Assembly (NCBI GenBank): GCA_036272515.1
Contig: DATAYO010000046.1
Coordinates: 1,627-65,626, forward strand
Source of the DNA: Steroidobacteraceae bacterium
Lineage (GTDB): Bacteria; Pseudomonadota; Gammaproteobacteria; Steroidobacterales; Steroidobacteraceae
Direction: 5' to 3'
DNA: 64,000 bases
Under the pieces are notes generated by a model. The model was not told the origin of the DNA. It made no database searches and saw only the letters and a list, made by a program, of their open reading frames with translations. Below, one piece after another: positions 28,233 to 36,689 of this stretch (within the stretch, counting starts at the first letter, position 1; every line of letters begins with the position of its first letter). Position numbers and translations under genes: made by a program.

Positions 28233-29498
28233 GTGAGAGGCGCCTTCCGCTCGCTGCGCAACTACAACTACCGCATCTGGGCGGCCGGCGCGCTGGTATC
28301 GAATGTCGGCACCTGGATGCAGCGCACGGCGCAGGACTGGCTGGTGCTCGCCGAGCTCACCCACAGGAACGCCACCGCGCTCGGCATCGTCATGGCGCTG
28401 CAATTCGGCCCGCTCGCGCTGATGCTGCCGCTGTCGGGATTCGCCGCCGATCACTTCGATCGCCGCAAGCTCCTGATCGCCACCCAGGCGACGATGGGCC
28501 TGCTGTCCTTGGGCCTCGCCCTCCTCACCCTGTCCGGCCTCGTCCGGCTGTGGCAGGTGTACCTGTTCGCGTTTCTGCTGGGATGCGTGAGCGCCTTCGA
28601 TTCGACGGCGCGGCAGACCTTCGTCTCGGAGCTGGTGGGCGAGGAGGACCTGTCGAACGCGGTGGGCCTGAACTCCACTTCCTTCAACGTCGCGCGCACG
28701 ATCGGTCCGGCAATCGCCGGCTTCATGATTGCCGCGGTGGGGACGGGCTGGGTCTTCCTCATCAATGCGATGTCGTTTCTCGGCGTGCTGTCTTCGCTCT
28801 ATGCGCTGCGGGTCGATCGGCTGCATCGCAGCGTCCGGGCCACCGGCGGCGGCGGCAGTGCCCTGCTCGAGGGGCTGCGCTATGTCTGGCGGCGGCCCGA
28901 CATCCGGGCGGTCCTGGTGATGCTGTTTCTGATCGGCACCTTCGGCATCAACTTCCCGATCTTCATCTCGACCATGTCGGTCGGCGTATTTCACGCCGGC
29001 GCGAGCGAATTCGGCTTGCTGTCGTCCATGCTCGCGATCGGATCAGTCGCGGGGGCACTGCTCTCCGCCCGCCGTGAGAACCCCGGACTGCCGGTGATCA
29101 CGGCCGCGGCGGGGATCTTCGGGTTCGGCTTCTGTGTCGCGGCGCTGATGCCGAGCTACGGGCTGTTCGGCGGAGCGCTGGTCATCATCGGCCTGTCGGC
29201 GCAAACGTTCACCACCTCGGCGAACGTGACGCTGCAACTCTCGACCGAGCCCGAGATGCGCGGGCGGGTGATCGCGTTGTTCCTCGCCATTGCCGTCGGC
29301 GCCACGCCGATCGGGGCGCCGCTGGTCGGCTGGGTGGCCGATACGCTCGGCCCGCGCTGGGCGCTGGCGGTCGGCGCCGCCTCGGGATTCGGCGCGGTCC
29401 TGGTCGCCTGGCGGTACCTTGCGAAGCATCGGGGGCTCAAGGTGCGGGTTGCCCGCGGGCGCCTGAACTTCGAGCTCGGGCCCGCCGCGCGCCACTGA
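28233..29498 (+). CDS. MFS transporter (EntS/MFS_3-like exporter)
   Basis: GTG 28233 lies 2 nt after the isochorismatase-family stop. MRGAFRSLRNYNYRIWAAGALVSNVGTWMQRTAQDWLVL... is typical of this subfamily. The upstream part of track ORF 27894..29498 only overlaps the preceding gene. Confidence 0.8.
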   Translation: MRGAFRSLRNYNYRIWAAGALVSNVGTWMQRTAQDWLVLAELTHRNATALGIVMALQFGPLALMLPLSGFAADHFDRRKLLIATQATMGLLSLGLALLTLSGLVRLWQVYLFAFLLGCVSAFDSTARQTFVSELVGEEDLSNAVGLNSTSFNVARTIGPAIAGFMIAAVGTGWVFLINAMSFLGVLSSLYALRVDRLHRSVRATGGGGSALLEGLRYVWRRPDIRAVLVMLFLIGTFGINFPIFISTMSVGVFHAGASEFGLLSSMLAIGSVAGALLSARRENPGLPVITAAAGIFGFGFCVAALMPSYGLFGGALVIIGLSAQTFTTSANVTLQLSTEPEMRGRVIALFLAIAVGATPIGAPLVGWVADTLGPRWALAVGAASGFGAVLVAWRYLAKHRGLKVRVARGRLNFELGPAARH

Positions 29499-29504
29499 GG
29501 CAAC

Positions 29505-29539
29505 GGCGGCCCGGGGCCGTCTTGCCGGCCGGAGCCGCC
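29505..29539. terminator. GC-rich hairpin between convergent MFS and crcB genes (bidirectional terminator candidate)
   Basis: ggcggcccgg ... ccgg-a-gccgcc arms. No U-tract. Confidence 0.3.
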
Positions 29540-29549
29540 TCGCGTGCGT

Positions 29550-29945
29550 CTAACCCGCGGCGGGGCCCGCAAGCAGTCTCGTGGTCGCCATGCCGAGCAA
29601 TGTCATGGCCAGCGAACCACCGACATGCAGCACGATCGCGCTCGCGAACAGCCCGTAACGCTGTTGCTCGAACAGGGTGGTGATCTCGGCGGAGAAAGTC
29701 GAGAACGTGGTCAGGCCGCCGCAAAAACCCGTCGTGATCAACAGGCGCCATTCAGGGGCGAGCGCCGGTGTCCTCGCAAAGAACGCGATGGCGGCGCCTA
29801 TGACATAGGCGCCGATGAGATTCGCGGCCAAGGTGCCGGGTGGAATGGATGGGAACGCCGCGTTCAGTCCGAGGCCGAGTATCCAGCGAAGCCACGCACC
29901 GACGGCGGCGCCGACCCCAATGGCGATGATCGCAAGCGCGCTCAG
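29550..29945 (-). CDS. crcB: Fluoride ion channel CrcB/FluC (no canonical start codon; probable CTG start)
   Basis: [50 protein letters not shown]...[18 protein letters not shown] aligns along its full length with E. coli CrcB. The track only starts at TTG 29831, inside the conserved N-terminal helix. There is no in-frame ATG, GTG or TTG upstream. CTG 29945-29943 overlaps the upstream stop (CTGA) and gives a normal length of 131 aa. Confidence 0.8.
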   Translation of the reverse strand: MSALAIIAIGVGAAVGAWLRWILGLGLNAAFPSIPPGTLAANLIGAYVIGAAIAFFARTPALAPEWRLLITTGFCGGLTTFSTFSAEITTLFEQQRYGLFASAIVLHVGGSLAMTLLGMATTRLLAGPAAG

Positions 29946-30811
29946 CTCGCGACCGCCAAAGGGGCCTCTTCCGCCGCCTGCGGATGACGACGGACGATGC
30001 GACGATCGGGAAAGGCGATCGGTTGCCGCGCATGGCGGCGATCGATCATGCGCGGCTCCGCCGCGTTCGCGAGTGCCGGTCGCCTCTGCCCCTCATGGGA
30101 ATACTCGCGGCTGGCGGTGAGCAGCGCCAGATTCATCAGCTGCAGGCTCCGGCGGGCCGCCACCATGACCTTCATGCGGGCGCGATCCGTCTGTGCGTAG
30201 CGTGCCACGACCTCGAGGGCGATGCGCGGATGGTCGTCGTCGTATTTCGCGTGATTGCGGAACCACTTCGTGGTTCGCGGATTCATGGTTACGCCCTCCC
30301 GTGAACCGTAGGCCTCGAAGGCGCTGATCAGTCCGCGGGTGAGATCACCGGTCGCACCCTCGATGGCGAAGCTGGTGGCGGCGATCGCCTCGGCGAGCGA
30401 CCCTTTGGCGTTGATGAACCAGATCCAGTCGCTCAGCGACTGAACGTCGCGCAGCATCGGCCGGTCGCCCTCCGCCACGGCCATCATCTCGGCGCGCGAC
30501 AGGCCGAAGCCCTCGCCCATCCACAGCCAGTGCTCGGCATGCGCCTTTTCCACCCGGATGTTGTCGATCAGGAAGGAGCGCGAGTACTCGTCCTCGACCT
30601 TGATGAGTGCCTCGGCCAGGAACTTGGGAAAGGCGTGTACGAAGGGGTACAGCTGCAGGCACCAGCCGCGGATGGCATCCGTGGACCAGCTGCCGTTGGC
30701 GAGTCTGGTGGCCCATTCACCCGCCACGAGCTCATTCCAGTCCGGCTGGACGTAGAGTTTGAGCGTATTGATCCAGGGATTCTCGGTTGCTAGCTCGTGC
30801 GGGGCGTCCAC
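29942..30811 (-). CDS. Heme-oxygenase-like fold protein (TenA/PqqC/CADD-type, possible diiron oxidase) with an Arg-rich C-terminal tail
   Basis: GTG 30811 lies 6 nt after AGGAG. Candidate metal ligands are in helices: [25 protein letters not shown]. The overall pattern resembles TenA_C/PqqC/iron-containing redox enzyme families. The last roughly 55 aa ([10 protein letters not shown]...[10 protein letters not shown]) look non-globular. Confidence 0.6.
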   Translation of the reverse strand: MDAPHELATENPWINTLKLYVQPDWNELVAGEWATRLANGSWSTDAIRGWCLQLYPFVHAFPKFLAEALIKVEDEYSRSFLIDNIRVEKAHAEHWLWMGEGFGLSRAEMMAVAEGDRPMLRDVQSLSDWIWFINAKGSLAEAIAATSFAIEGATGDLTRGLISAFEAYGSREGVTMNPRTTKWFRNHAKYDDDHPRIALEVVARYAQTDRARMKVMVAARRSLQLMNLALLTASREYSHEGQRRPALANAAEPRMIDRRHARQPIAFPDRRIVRRHPQAAEEAPLAVAS

Positions 30812-31173
30812 CAAATACTCCTACTTTGAATTTGACAAAATCCGGGAGAGGTCGAAAATACAGCGCGCCGCCCGACCGGACCCACGTGCGGTTACCGTGA
30901 TGCAGTTCACCTTTTTCACAGCTTGAGCATCCCTCGTCGCGATTATTGAGAAGCAGTCCGCGCTTCAGTTCGTATTATGGTGAGTCTAAAGCCGGGAAGA
31001 TGACATGTGCAACCGCGTTGCCGGCCGGAACGGCGTTAGGGGACTCACCTACACCGCGCGCCAGCCGGCTCATGGGCACCCCCGGCAATAGCCAGGAGCG
31101 GCGCGAGGCGTGATATCTCTCTCGGTATGAGCCGGTCCGGATAGCTAGGCTTACAGGTAGTTTCCGCATCCCG

Positions 31174-34100
31174 ATGAAGGGGAGGAAAGTCAAAGCTCCG
31201 AGGCCCTCCGGGATGAAGCAACTGCACGGCAGCCCCAACGATTCGAACGGGATATCGCGATTGGCGATTCGCTTCGTCGCGCCCGTGCTCCTCTCGTTGA
31301 CGGTGATGCTGGTGGCAGCCGTTTGCAGCATCGAGCTGCTCTCCACCATTCGGGCCTGGGTGGGCGGCGAAAGCCTGTATTCCAAGGGCCAGAAGAACGC
31401 GACCTATTACCTGTCGCAGTACACGCAGTCGCATTCCGAAGAGGATTATCGGCTCTATCAGTCGGCCATCACCTTCCCGCTCGGAGATTGGAAGGCGCGG
31501 CTCGCGCTGCAACACCCCCCCATCGACATGGAGGCCGTACGCGCCGGATTTCTCGAGGGCGGCAGCGATCGCGCCGACATCGAAAGCATCATCATGGTTT
31601 TCCGGCTGTTCGGCGCTCTGGGCCCGGTGCGGCATGCGATCGACATCTGGACCGAGGGCGACAGCTACACGCTGCGCATCTGCGCGCTCGCGGCGCAGGC
31701 GCACCCGGCGGACGGGGTCGAGGTACCGCCGGCGGAGCTGGCGCGCATTCGAGCGGAGCTGCACCTGATCAACGGCGAGTTGACGCCGCTCGCGGCCCGC
31801 TTCTCGGCCACCCTCGGCAATCTGGCGCGCACCACCCGCACGCTGCTGATACTGGCGCTCGCCATCGGCACGGGAATCACCGGGTTCTTGTGCATCGAGG
31901 TGACGCGGGCGCGCGTGCGCGAGCGCGACGCCAAGGAGCGGGGGCTCGCGCGCTTGACGGAGCTGTATGCGGCCTTGAGCCAGACCAGTCAGCTCATCTC
32001 CCGGGTGCGTGACCGTCAGCAGCTGTTCGAGGAGCTTTGCCGGATCTGCGTCGGTCCGAGCGGCCTGATGCTCGCGGCCGTGGGCCTGTGGAGGCGCGAG
32101 CTGTCCAGCATTGAATTCGTGGCCGCGCACGGCGAGCGGCAGTCCCACCTCACGACCGTAAGGACGGATTTCGCGGGCGCGATGGGAGAGCCCGAGGCGC
32201 TGCATACGCCGCTCTACACGCGCCGATCCCGGGTGCTCAACGGCGCGGACCAGGCGCGCCGGGAATTTCCCTCGGATGCGTCCTTCCCCTTGATGTGTCA
32301 GAACGAGGTCGTCGGGGTGCTCTGCGTCTTTTCGCGCGAGGAGCATTACTTTCGGAAAGACATCGTCGAGCTCCTGGAGCAGCTCGCGATGGAGGCGTCC
32401 TTCGCGCTCGACAGCCTGTATCGGGACGCCGAGCGCCGCCAGCAGGCATCGGTGATGGCGGACCAGAACCGCATTCTCAACCTGATCGCTTCCGGAGCGG
32501 AGTTGCAGGTCATCCTGAAGACGCTGGCGGAGTTCGTGGAGAGCCAGTGCGACGGAACCCTCTGCTCGCTGGTCGCGCAGAACCCGGTCGGAACCGGCGT
32601 CTGCGCGGGCGTGTCACCCTCGATGCCTGCGAACTTCGACGCGGTCGCGGGAGAGGCCGTGCTCGAGGCGGGCGAGGTGCAGCGGATCAGCGCACGACCG
32701 ATCTTCGGCAGCAAGGATCAGCTGCTCGGCACCCTGTCGCTGTACGCGCGGCGCGGCGCGGAGGCGCCGCGGCCGAATGCCCAGCTCGTCGGCATCTGCG
32801 TGAATCTGGCCGGCATCGCGATCGAGAGCTGCCAGGCGGCGGATCGCATCCGGCATCTGGCCCACCATGATGACCTCACCGGGCTGCCGAACCGCCTGCT
32901 GTTCAATTACCAGCTCCACATGGCGCTCGCTCGAGCGGAACGCGCCGGCACCGCGGCGGCGGTCCTGTTTCTGGATCTGGACCGATTCAAGATCATCAAC
33001 GACACGCTCGGTCACGATGCGGGCGACACGGTGCTGCGGCAGATAGCAAGCCACCTGCGCGCCTGCGTGCGCGGCACGGACACCCTGGCACGCGTCGGCG
33101 GCGACGAGTTCACGCTGCTGGTGGAGCACCCCGCCGAGATGCACGATCTCGGCGCCATTGCTCAAAAATTGCTCGTTGCCATGTCCAGTCCGCTCACGAT
33201 CAACGGCAATGTCTATCAGCTGTCCGGAAGCATCGGCATCGCCGTGTATCCGAAGGACGGCGCCGACGGCGCCTCGCTCCTGAAGAACGCCGACATCGCC
33301 ATGTATCGGGCCAAGTCGTCGGGCAGGAACAATTTTCAGTTCTACTCGAGCGAGATCAACGAGCACAGCGTGGAGCGGCTCACCCTGGAGAATCAATTGC
33401 GGCAGGCGGTGGCGCGGCGCGAGTTCGAGATCCACTACCAGCCCAAAGTGGATATTCCGACCGGCGGCATCGCAGGCGCCGAAGCGCTGGTGCGGTGGCG
33501 GCATCCGCAAAGGGGACTGCTGCTGCCGGCTGAATTCATCGGCGTGGCCGAGGAAGTCGGGCTGATCGGCTCCATCGGCAGCTTCGTGCTGGAAACCGTG
33601 TGCACGGACATCGTCCGCTGGCGCGAGGGCGGCTATCCGGCGCCGCGTGTGGCCATGAACCTGTCGGCCCAGCAGTTTGCCGATTCGCGCCTGCTCGACA
33701 ACCTTCATCAGGTCCTGCAGCGCACGGGGTGCGATCCGCGGCTGCTGGAGTTCGAGATCACCGAGAGCGTGGTGATGACCAATCCCGGCAAAGCGCTGCA
33801 GCTGCTCGAGCAGATCAAGATCCACGGCATCACCCTGGCGATCGATGATTTCGGGACCGGGCACTCCTCGCTCGCCTACTTGAAACGCTTCCCGGTCGAC
33901 AGCGTGAAGATCGACTACACCTTCGTGCGCGACATGGCGGTGGATCCCGACGATGTCGCGATCATCAAGGCGATCATCGCGTTGGGACATTCATTGAACT
34001 TGAAGATCGTCGCCGAAGGAGTCGAATCGGCGACGCAGCTCGAGATCTTGCGGCGCTTCCAGTGCGACGAATTCCAGGGATTTCTGTTCAGCGAGGCGGT

Positions 34101-34191
34101 CCCCGCCGAACGGTTCGAGGTCTTTCTGGCGAACGGCGTCCGGCCGCAGCCGGCGGTCTCCGGGCAGGCCCCGCGGCGCGCGGCGCGCTGA
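31174..34191 (+). CDS. Membrane-anchored sensor diguanylate cyclase/phosphodiesterase (periplasmic domain - GAF x2 - GGDEF - EAL)
   Basis: Two TM segments flank a roughly 190-aa unassigned periplasmic domain. GGDEF site RVGGDEFTLLV. EAL motifs GAEALVRW, EFEITES, DDFGTGHSSL. The start could instead be ATG 31213. Confidence 0.9.
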   Translation: MKGRKVKAPRPSGMKQLHGSPNDSNGISRLAIRFVAPVLLSLTVMLVAAVCSIELLSTIRAWVGGESLYSKGQKNATYYLSQYTQSHSEEDYRLYQSAITFPLGDWKARLALQHPPIDMEAVRAGFLEGGSDRADIESIIMVFRLFGALGPVRHAIDIWTEGDSYTLRICALAAQAHPADGVEVPPAELARIRAELHLINGELTPLAARFSATLGNLARTTRTLLILALAIGTGITGFLCIEVTRARVRERDAKERGLARLTELYAALSQTSQLISRVRDRQQLFEELCRICVGPSGLMLAAVGLWRRELSSIEFVAAHGERQSHLTTVRTDFAGAMGEPEALHTPLYTRRSRVLNGADQARREFPSDASFPLMCQNEVVGVLCVFSREEHYFRKDIVELLEQLAMEASFALDSLYRDAERRQQASVMADQNRILNLIASGAELQVILKTLAEFVESQCDGTLCSLVAQNPVGTGVCAGVSPSMPANFDAVAGEAVLEAGEVQRISARPIFGSKDQLLGTLSLYARRGAEAPRPNAQLVGICVNLAGIAIESCQAADRIRHLAHHDDLTGLPNRLLFNYQLHMALARAERAGTAAAVLFLDLDRFKIINDTLGHDAGDTVLRQIASHLRACVRGTDTLARVGGDEFTLLVEHPAEMHDLGAIAQKLLVAMSSPLTINGNVYQLSGSIGIAVYPKDGADGASLLKNADIAMYRAKSSGRNNFQFYSSEINEHSVERLTLENQLRQAVARREFEIHYQPKVDIPTGGIAGAEALVRWRHPQRGLLLPAEFIGVAEEVGLIGSIGSFVLETVCTDIVRWREGGYPAPRVAMNLSAQQFADSRLLDNLHQVLQRTGCDPRLLEFEITESVVMTNPGKALQLLEQIKIHGITLAIDDFGTGHSSLAYLKRFPVDSVKIDYTFVRDMAVDPDDVAIIKAIIALGHSLNLKIVAEGVESATQLEILRRFQCDEFQGFLFSEAVPAERFEVFLANGVRPQPAVSGQAPRRAAR

Positions 34192-34195
34192 TTCC

Positions 34196-35125
34196 ATGCG
34201 CTCGTCCCGATCCTCGCTCGTCGCTGTCTTCTCGCTCGGTCTGGCCCTGCTCGGCCTGGTCCAGGCCGGCTCGAGCCACGCCGGCGTGGAGGTCATCGAT
34301 CCGCACGCGCTCTACCCCGAGGGCCCGCTCTGGGACCGGGGCCGCCTGCTATTCGTCGAATACGCGGGTCCGGGCATCAAGGTCTGGGACGGCAAGGGCA
34401 CGAAAGTCTGGTGGCGCCGAGAGCATTGCGGGGCGGATGCGCTGATCCATTTTCGCGATGATCATCTCCTCGTCGCCTGCTACGACGGAAATTACCTGGT
34501 CGAGCTCGATGCGAAGGGCAGGACCTTGCGCACCTTCGACAAGGACAGCGCGGGCAAGCCGTTCGTGGGCCCGAATGACTTCTCGAGCGACGGCCACGGC
34601 GGCGTGTACTTTTCGGCGTCCGGGGTATTCGACATCAAGGCACCCATCACCGGTGCCGTGCTCCACCTGTCGGGGGACGGGCGGGACATCCGGGTGGTAG
34701 CCGACACCATTCATTATTCGAACGGCCTGACCCTGTCGAAGGACGGCACGCATCTGCTCGTCGCCGAGATGCTCGCCGGCAGAGTCTTGTCCTTCCCCAT
34801 CGAAGCCAACGACACGCTGGGCCCTCGGACCGTGTGGGCGCGCCTCCAAGACCTGGCGCCGCCGACACCGAACGAGGATGCGTACAACGGCCCGGACGGC
34901 ATCAAATTGGGGCCCGACGGCAACTACTACATCGCGCAGAACGGCTCGGGCCGCGTGCTCGTGGTCACCGAGGAGAAAAAGCTGGTCCGCGCCATCGAGG
35001 TGGGGACCCGCTACGTGACCAACGTGGGCTTCGGGCAGAAAGGATCGCCTGATGTGTTCATCACGGGCGCGTTCGACCCGTGGAAGGCACCGTTCCCGGG
35101 AGCGGTGTATCGCTGGACGCCATGA
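34196..35125 (+). CDS. SMP-30/gluconolactonase/LRE family protein, secreted
   Basis: Signal peptide MRSSRSSLVAVFSLGLALLGLVQAGSSHA. EGPLWD..., GPNDFSSDGHGGVYFS, SNGLTLSKDG, GPDGIKLGPDGNYYIA. The start lies 4 nt after the GGDEF-EAL stop. Confidence 0.85.
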   Translation: MRSSRSSLVAVFSLGLALLGLVQAGSSHAGVEVIDPHALYPEGPLWDRGRLLFVEYAGPGIKVWDGKGTKVWWRREHCGADALIHFRDDHLLVACYDGNYLVELDAKGRTLRTFDKDSAGKPFVGPNDFSSDGHGGVYFSASGVFDIKAPITGAVLHLSGDGRDIRVVADTIHYSNGLTLSKDGTHLLVAEMLAGRVLSFPIEANDTLGPRTVWARLQDLAPPTPNEDAYNGPDGIKLGPDGNYYIAQNGSGRVLVVTEEKKLVRAIEVGTRYVTNVGFGQKGSPDVFITGAFDPWKAPFPGAVYRWTP

Positions 35126-35220
35126 CCGCACAGCCCTGCGCATGACGGGGCAGCCCTGCGCATGACGGGGCAGCCCCGCGCATGACGGGGCAGCCCTGCG
35201 CCACGACCGGGCACCCCGCC
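35121..35220. repeat. 20-bp tandem repeat x about 5 that starts on the stop codon of the SMP-30 gene
   Basis: The unit catgacggggcagccctgcg repeats with few changes. The first copy, catgaccgca..., contains TGA 35123-35125. Confidence 0.9.
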
Positions 35221-35373
35221 CTGTAGGAGGATTCCTATCCGGCACCGCGGCATCGGTGAACATAATTCGCCTTCCGCGAAACTCCGGGCGTGGTGTAATG
35301 GGGCCGGTGCATCGATCCGTGCCGCCACGGATAGTATTACCCCATCAGGTTCCGACCCCCGTGAGGCCTGCCC

Positions 35374-35901
35374 ATGTCCGTCAACGCATTCGACGCCGCC
35401 CTGGCCGGAGAGAGTGTCCTCGTCACCGAGACCCGCATGGAAGATCTGCAGCTGCTGGGTCGCGTCGGCAGCACCTCGTTCGTGATTTCCGGATCGCGCC
35501 GCAATTTCTCGCCCGAGAGCCTGAACCCGTACGAGCTCATGGGAGCTGCGCTCGGTTCATCGACGGCCATGACGGTGCGCCGCTATGCGGATCGCATGGA
35601 GCTGCCGCTGGTTCGAGTCCAGGTGAGCGTCTCCCACCACCCGAGCGGAGAACAGAGCAAAGCCGTGTTCGAGCGCAGGATCATCCTGGAGGGCGACGAA
35701 CTCAGCGATGAGCAAAGGCAACGTCTGCTCGATATCGCCGACCACTGTCCGGTGGACCAGACCCTCGCTTATGGAGCCGAGATCCATACCTCCATGAGCA
35801 CCGACCACCAGATCGCGGCGGCGCCGGCGACCTCCGACTATATCCGCGACATCGACGACCGGATCAGCGCCCTGCAGGAGACCTTGTCGCCGACGGAGTA
35901 G
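35374..35901 (+). CDS. OsmC/Ohr-fold protein lacking the first conserved Cys
   Basis: NPYELMGAALGSSTAMTVRRYA (Ser where OsmC has its peroxidatic Cys) and IADHCPVDQTL (second Cys retained). Confidence 0.75.
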   Translation: MSVNAFDAALAGESVLVTETRMEDLQLLGRVGSTSFVISGSRRNFSPESLNPYELMGAALGSSTAMTVRRYADRMELPLVRVQVSVSHHPSGEQSKAVFERRIILEGDELSDEQRQRLLDIADHCPVDQTLAYGAEIHTSMSTDHQIAAAPATSDYIRDIDDRISALQETLSPTE

Positions 35902-35912
35902 ACTCCGGGTCC

Positions 35913-36689
35913 GTGAGGACCGTCACCGCCGTTCGCTACGTCACGCCGCTGCGCGAGGGGGGCTCGTTGCCCGCCATCGTCGAGGCCGATGATGAGGGGC
36001 TGTACGTGCTGAAGTTTCGCGGCGCCGGTCAGGGTCCAAAGGCGCTGATCGCGGAGCTGCTCGCCGGCGAGATCGCCCGCCTGCTGGAATTGCCGGTGCC
36101 GGAAATCGTGTTCATGGAGCTGCCGGTGGAGCTGGCGCGCACCGAGCCGGATGCCGAGATCCAAAGCCTGATCCGGGCGAGCGGCGGTCTGAACATCGCG
36201 CTCGACTATCTGCCGGGGTCCATCACCTTCGATCCGCTGGTCTACGTACCGGATGCCGAGCTGGCCTCGGCCATCGTCTGGTTCGACGCGTTCGTGTGCA
36301 ACGTCGATCGGACGGCTCGAAACGTCAACATGCTGCTGTGGCACCGGCGTCCGTGGCTGATCGACCACGGCGCCGCGCTCTACTTTCATCACGGCTGGAC
36401 CCGCGAGAGCCGCCCCGCGGCGACGCCCTTCCCGATGATCAAGGACCATGTGCTGCTGGGCCTCGCCGCCTCGCTCCTGTGCGCCGACGCCCAGTTGAAG
36501 TCGCGCCTGCCGCCGGACAAGCTCGCGGACCTCGTCGAGCGGATTCCCGGCACCTGGCTCGAGGAGGACAGCGGCTTTTCGCACGCCGCCGAGCAGAGGG
36601 CTGCTTACCTGAGCTTCTTCTACCGGCGTCTCGAGGAATCGGAGGTGTTCGTGCGAGAGGCGATCCGCGCGCGCGCGGCGCAATCATGA
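35913..36689 (+). CDS. HipA-like (PI3/4-kinase-fold) small protein kinase
   Basis: GTG start 11 nt after the OsmC-like stop. Gly-rich loop LKFRGAGQGPK. Catalytic-loop-like NVDRTARNVN (D132, N137) and metal-loop-like LIDHG (D151). 258 aa, no HTH. Confidence 0.65.
   Translation: MRTVTAVRYVTPLREGGSLPAIVEADDEGLYVLKFRGAGQGPKALIAELLAGEIARLLELPVPEIVFMELPVELARTEPDAEIQSLIRASGGLNIALDYLPGSITFDPLVYVPDAELASAIVWFDAFVCNVDRTARNVNMLLWHRRPWLIDHGAALYFHHGWTRESRPAATPFPMIKDHVLLGLAASLLCADAQLKSRLPPDKLADLVERIPGTWLEEDSGFSHAAEQRAAYLSFFYRRLEESEVFVREAIRARAAQS

Noticed and set aside
29946-31173. A fluoride (crcB-motif) riboswitch upstream of crcB or of the upstream co-oriented gene.
   Set aside because: crcB abuts the preceding CDS, so there is no leader. 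The region upstream of 30811 has only scattered partial similarity to the motif as I remember it, and it lacks the conserved distal GAUG/CUAC-type elements. A covariance-model scan would be decisive.
30812-31173. A TPP (THI-box) riboswitch in front of the TenA-like gene.
   Set aside because: No CUGAGA ... ACCUGA core elements occur on the minus strand in this region.
35610-35620. A tRNA T-arm-like GGTTCGAGTCC.
   Set aside because: It lies inside the well-supported OsmC-like CDS. No acceptor, anticodon or D-arm structure can be built around it.
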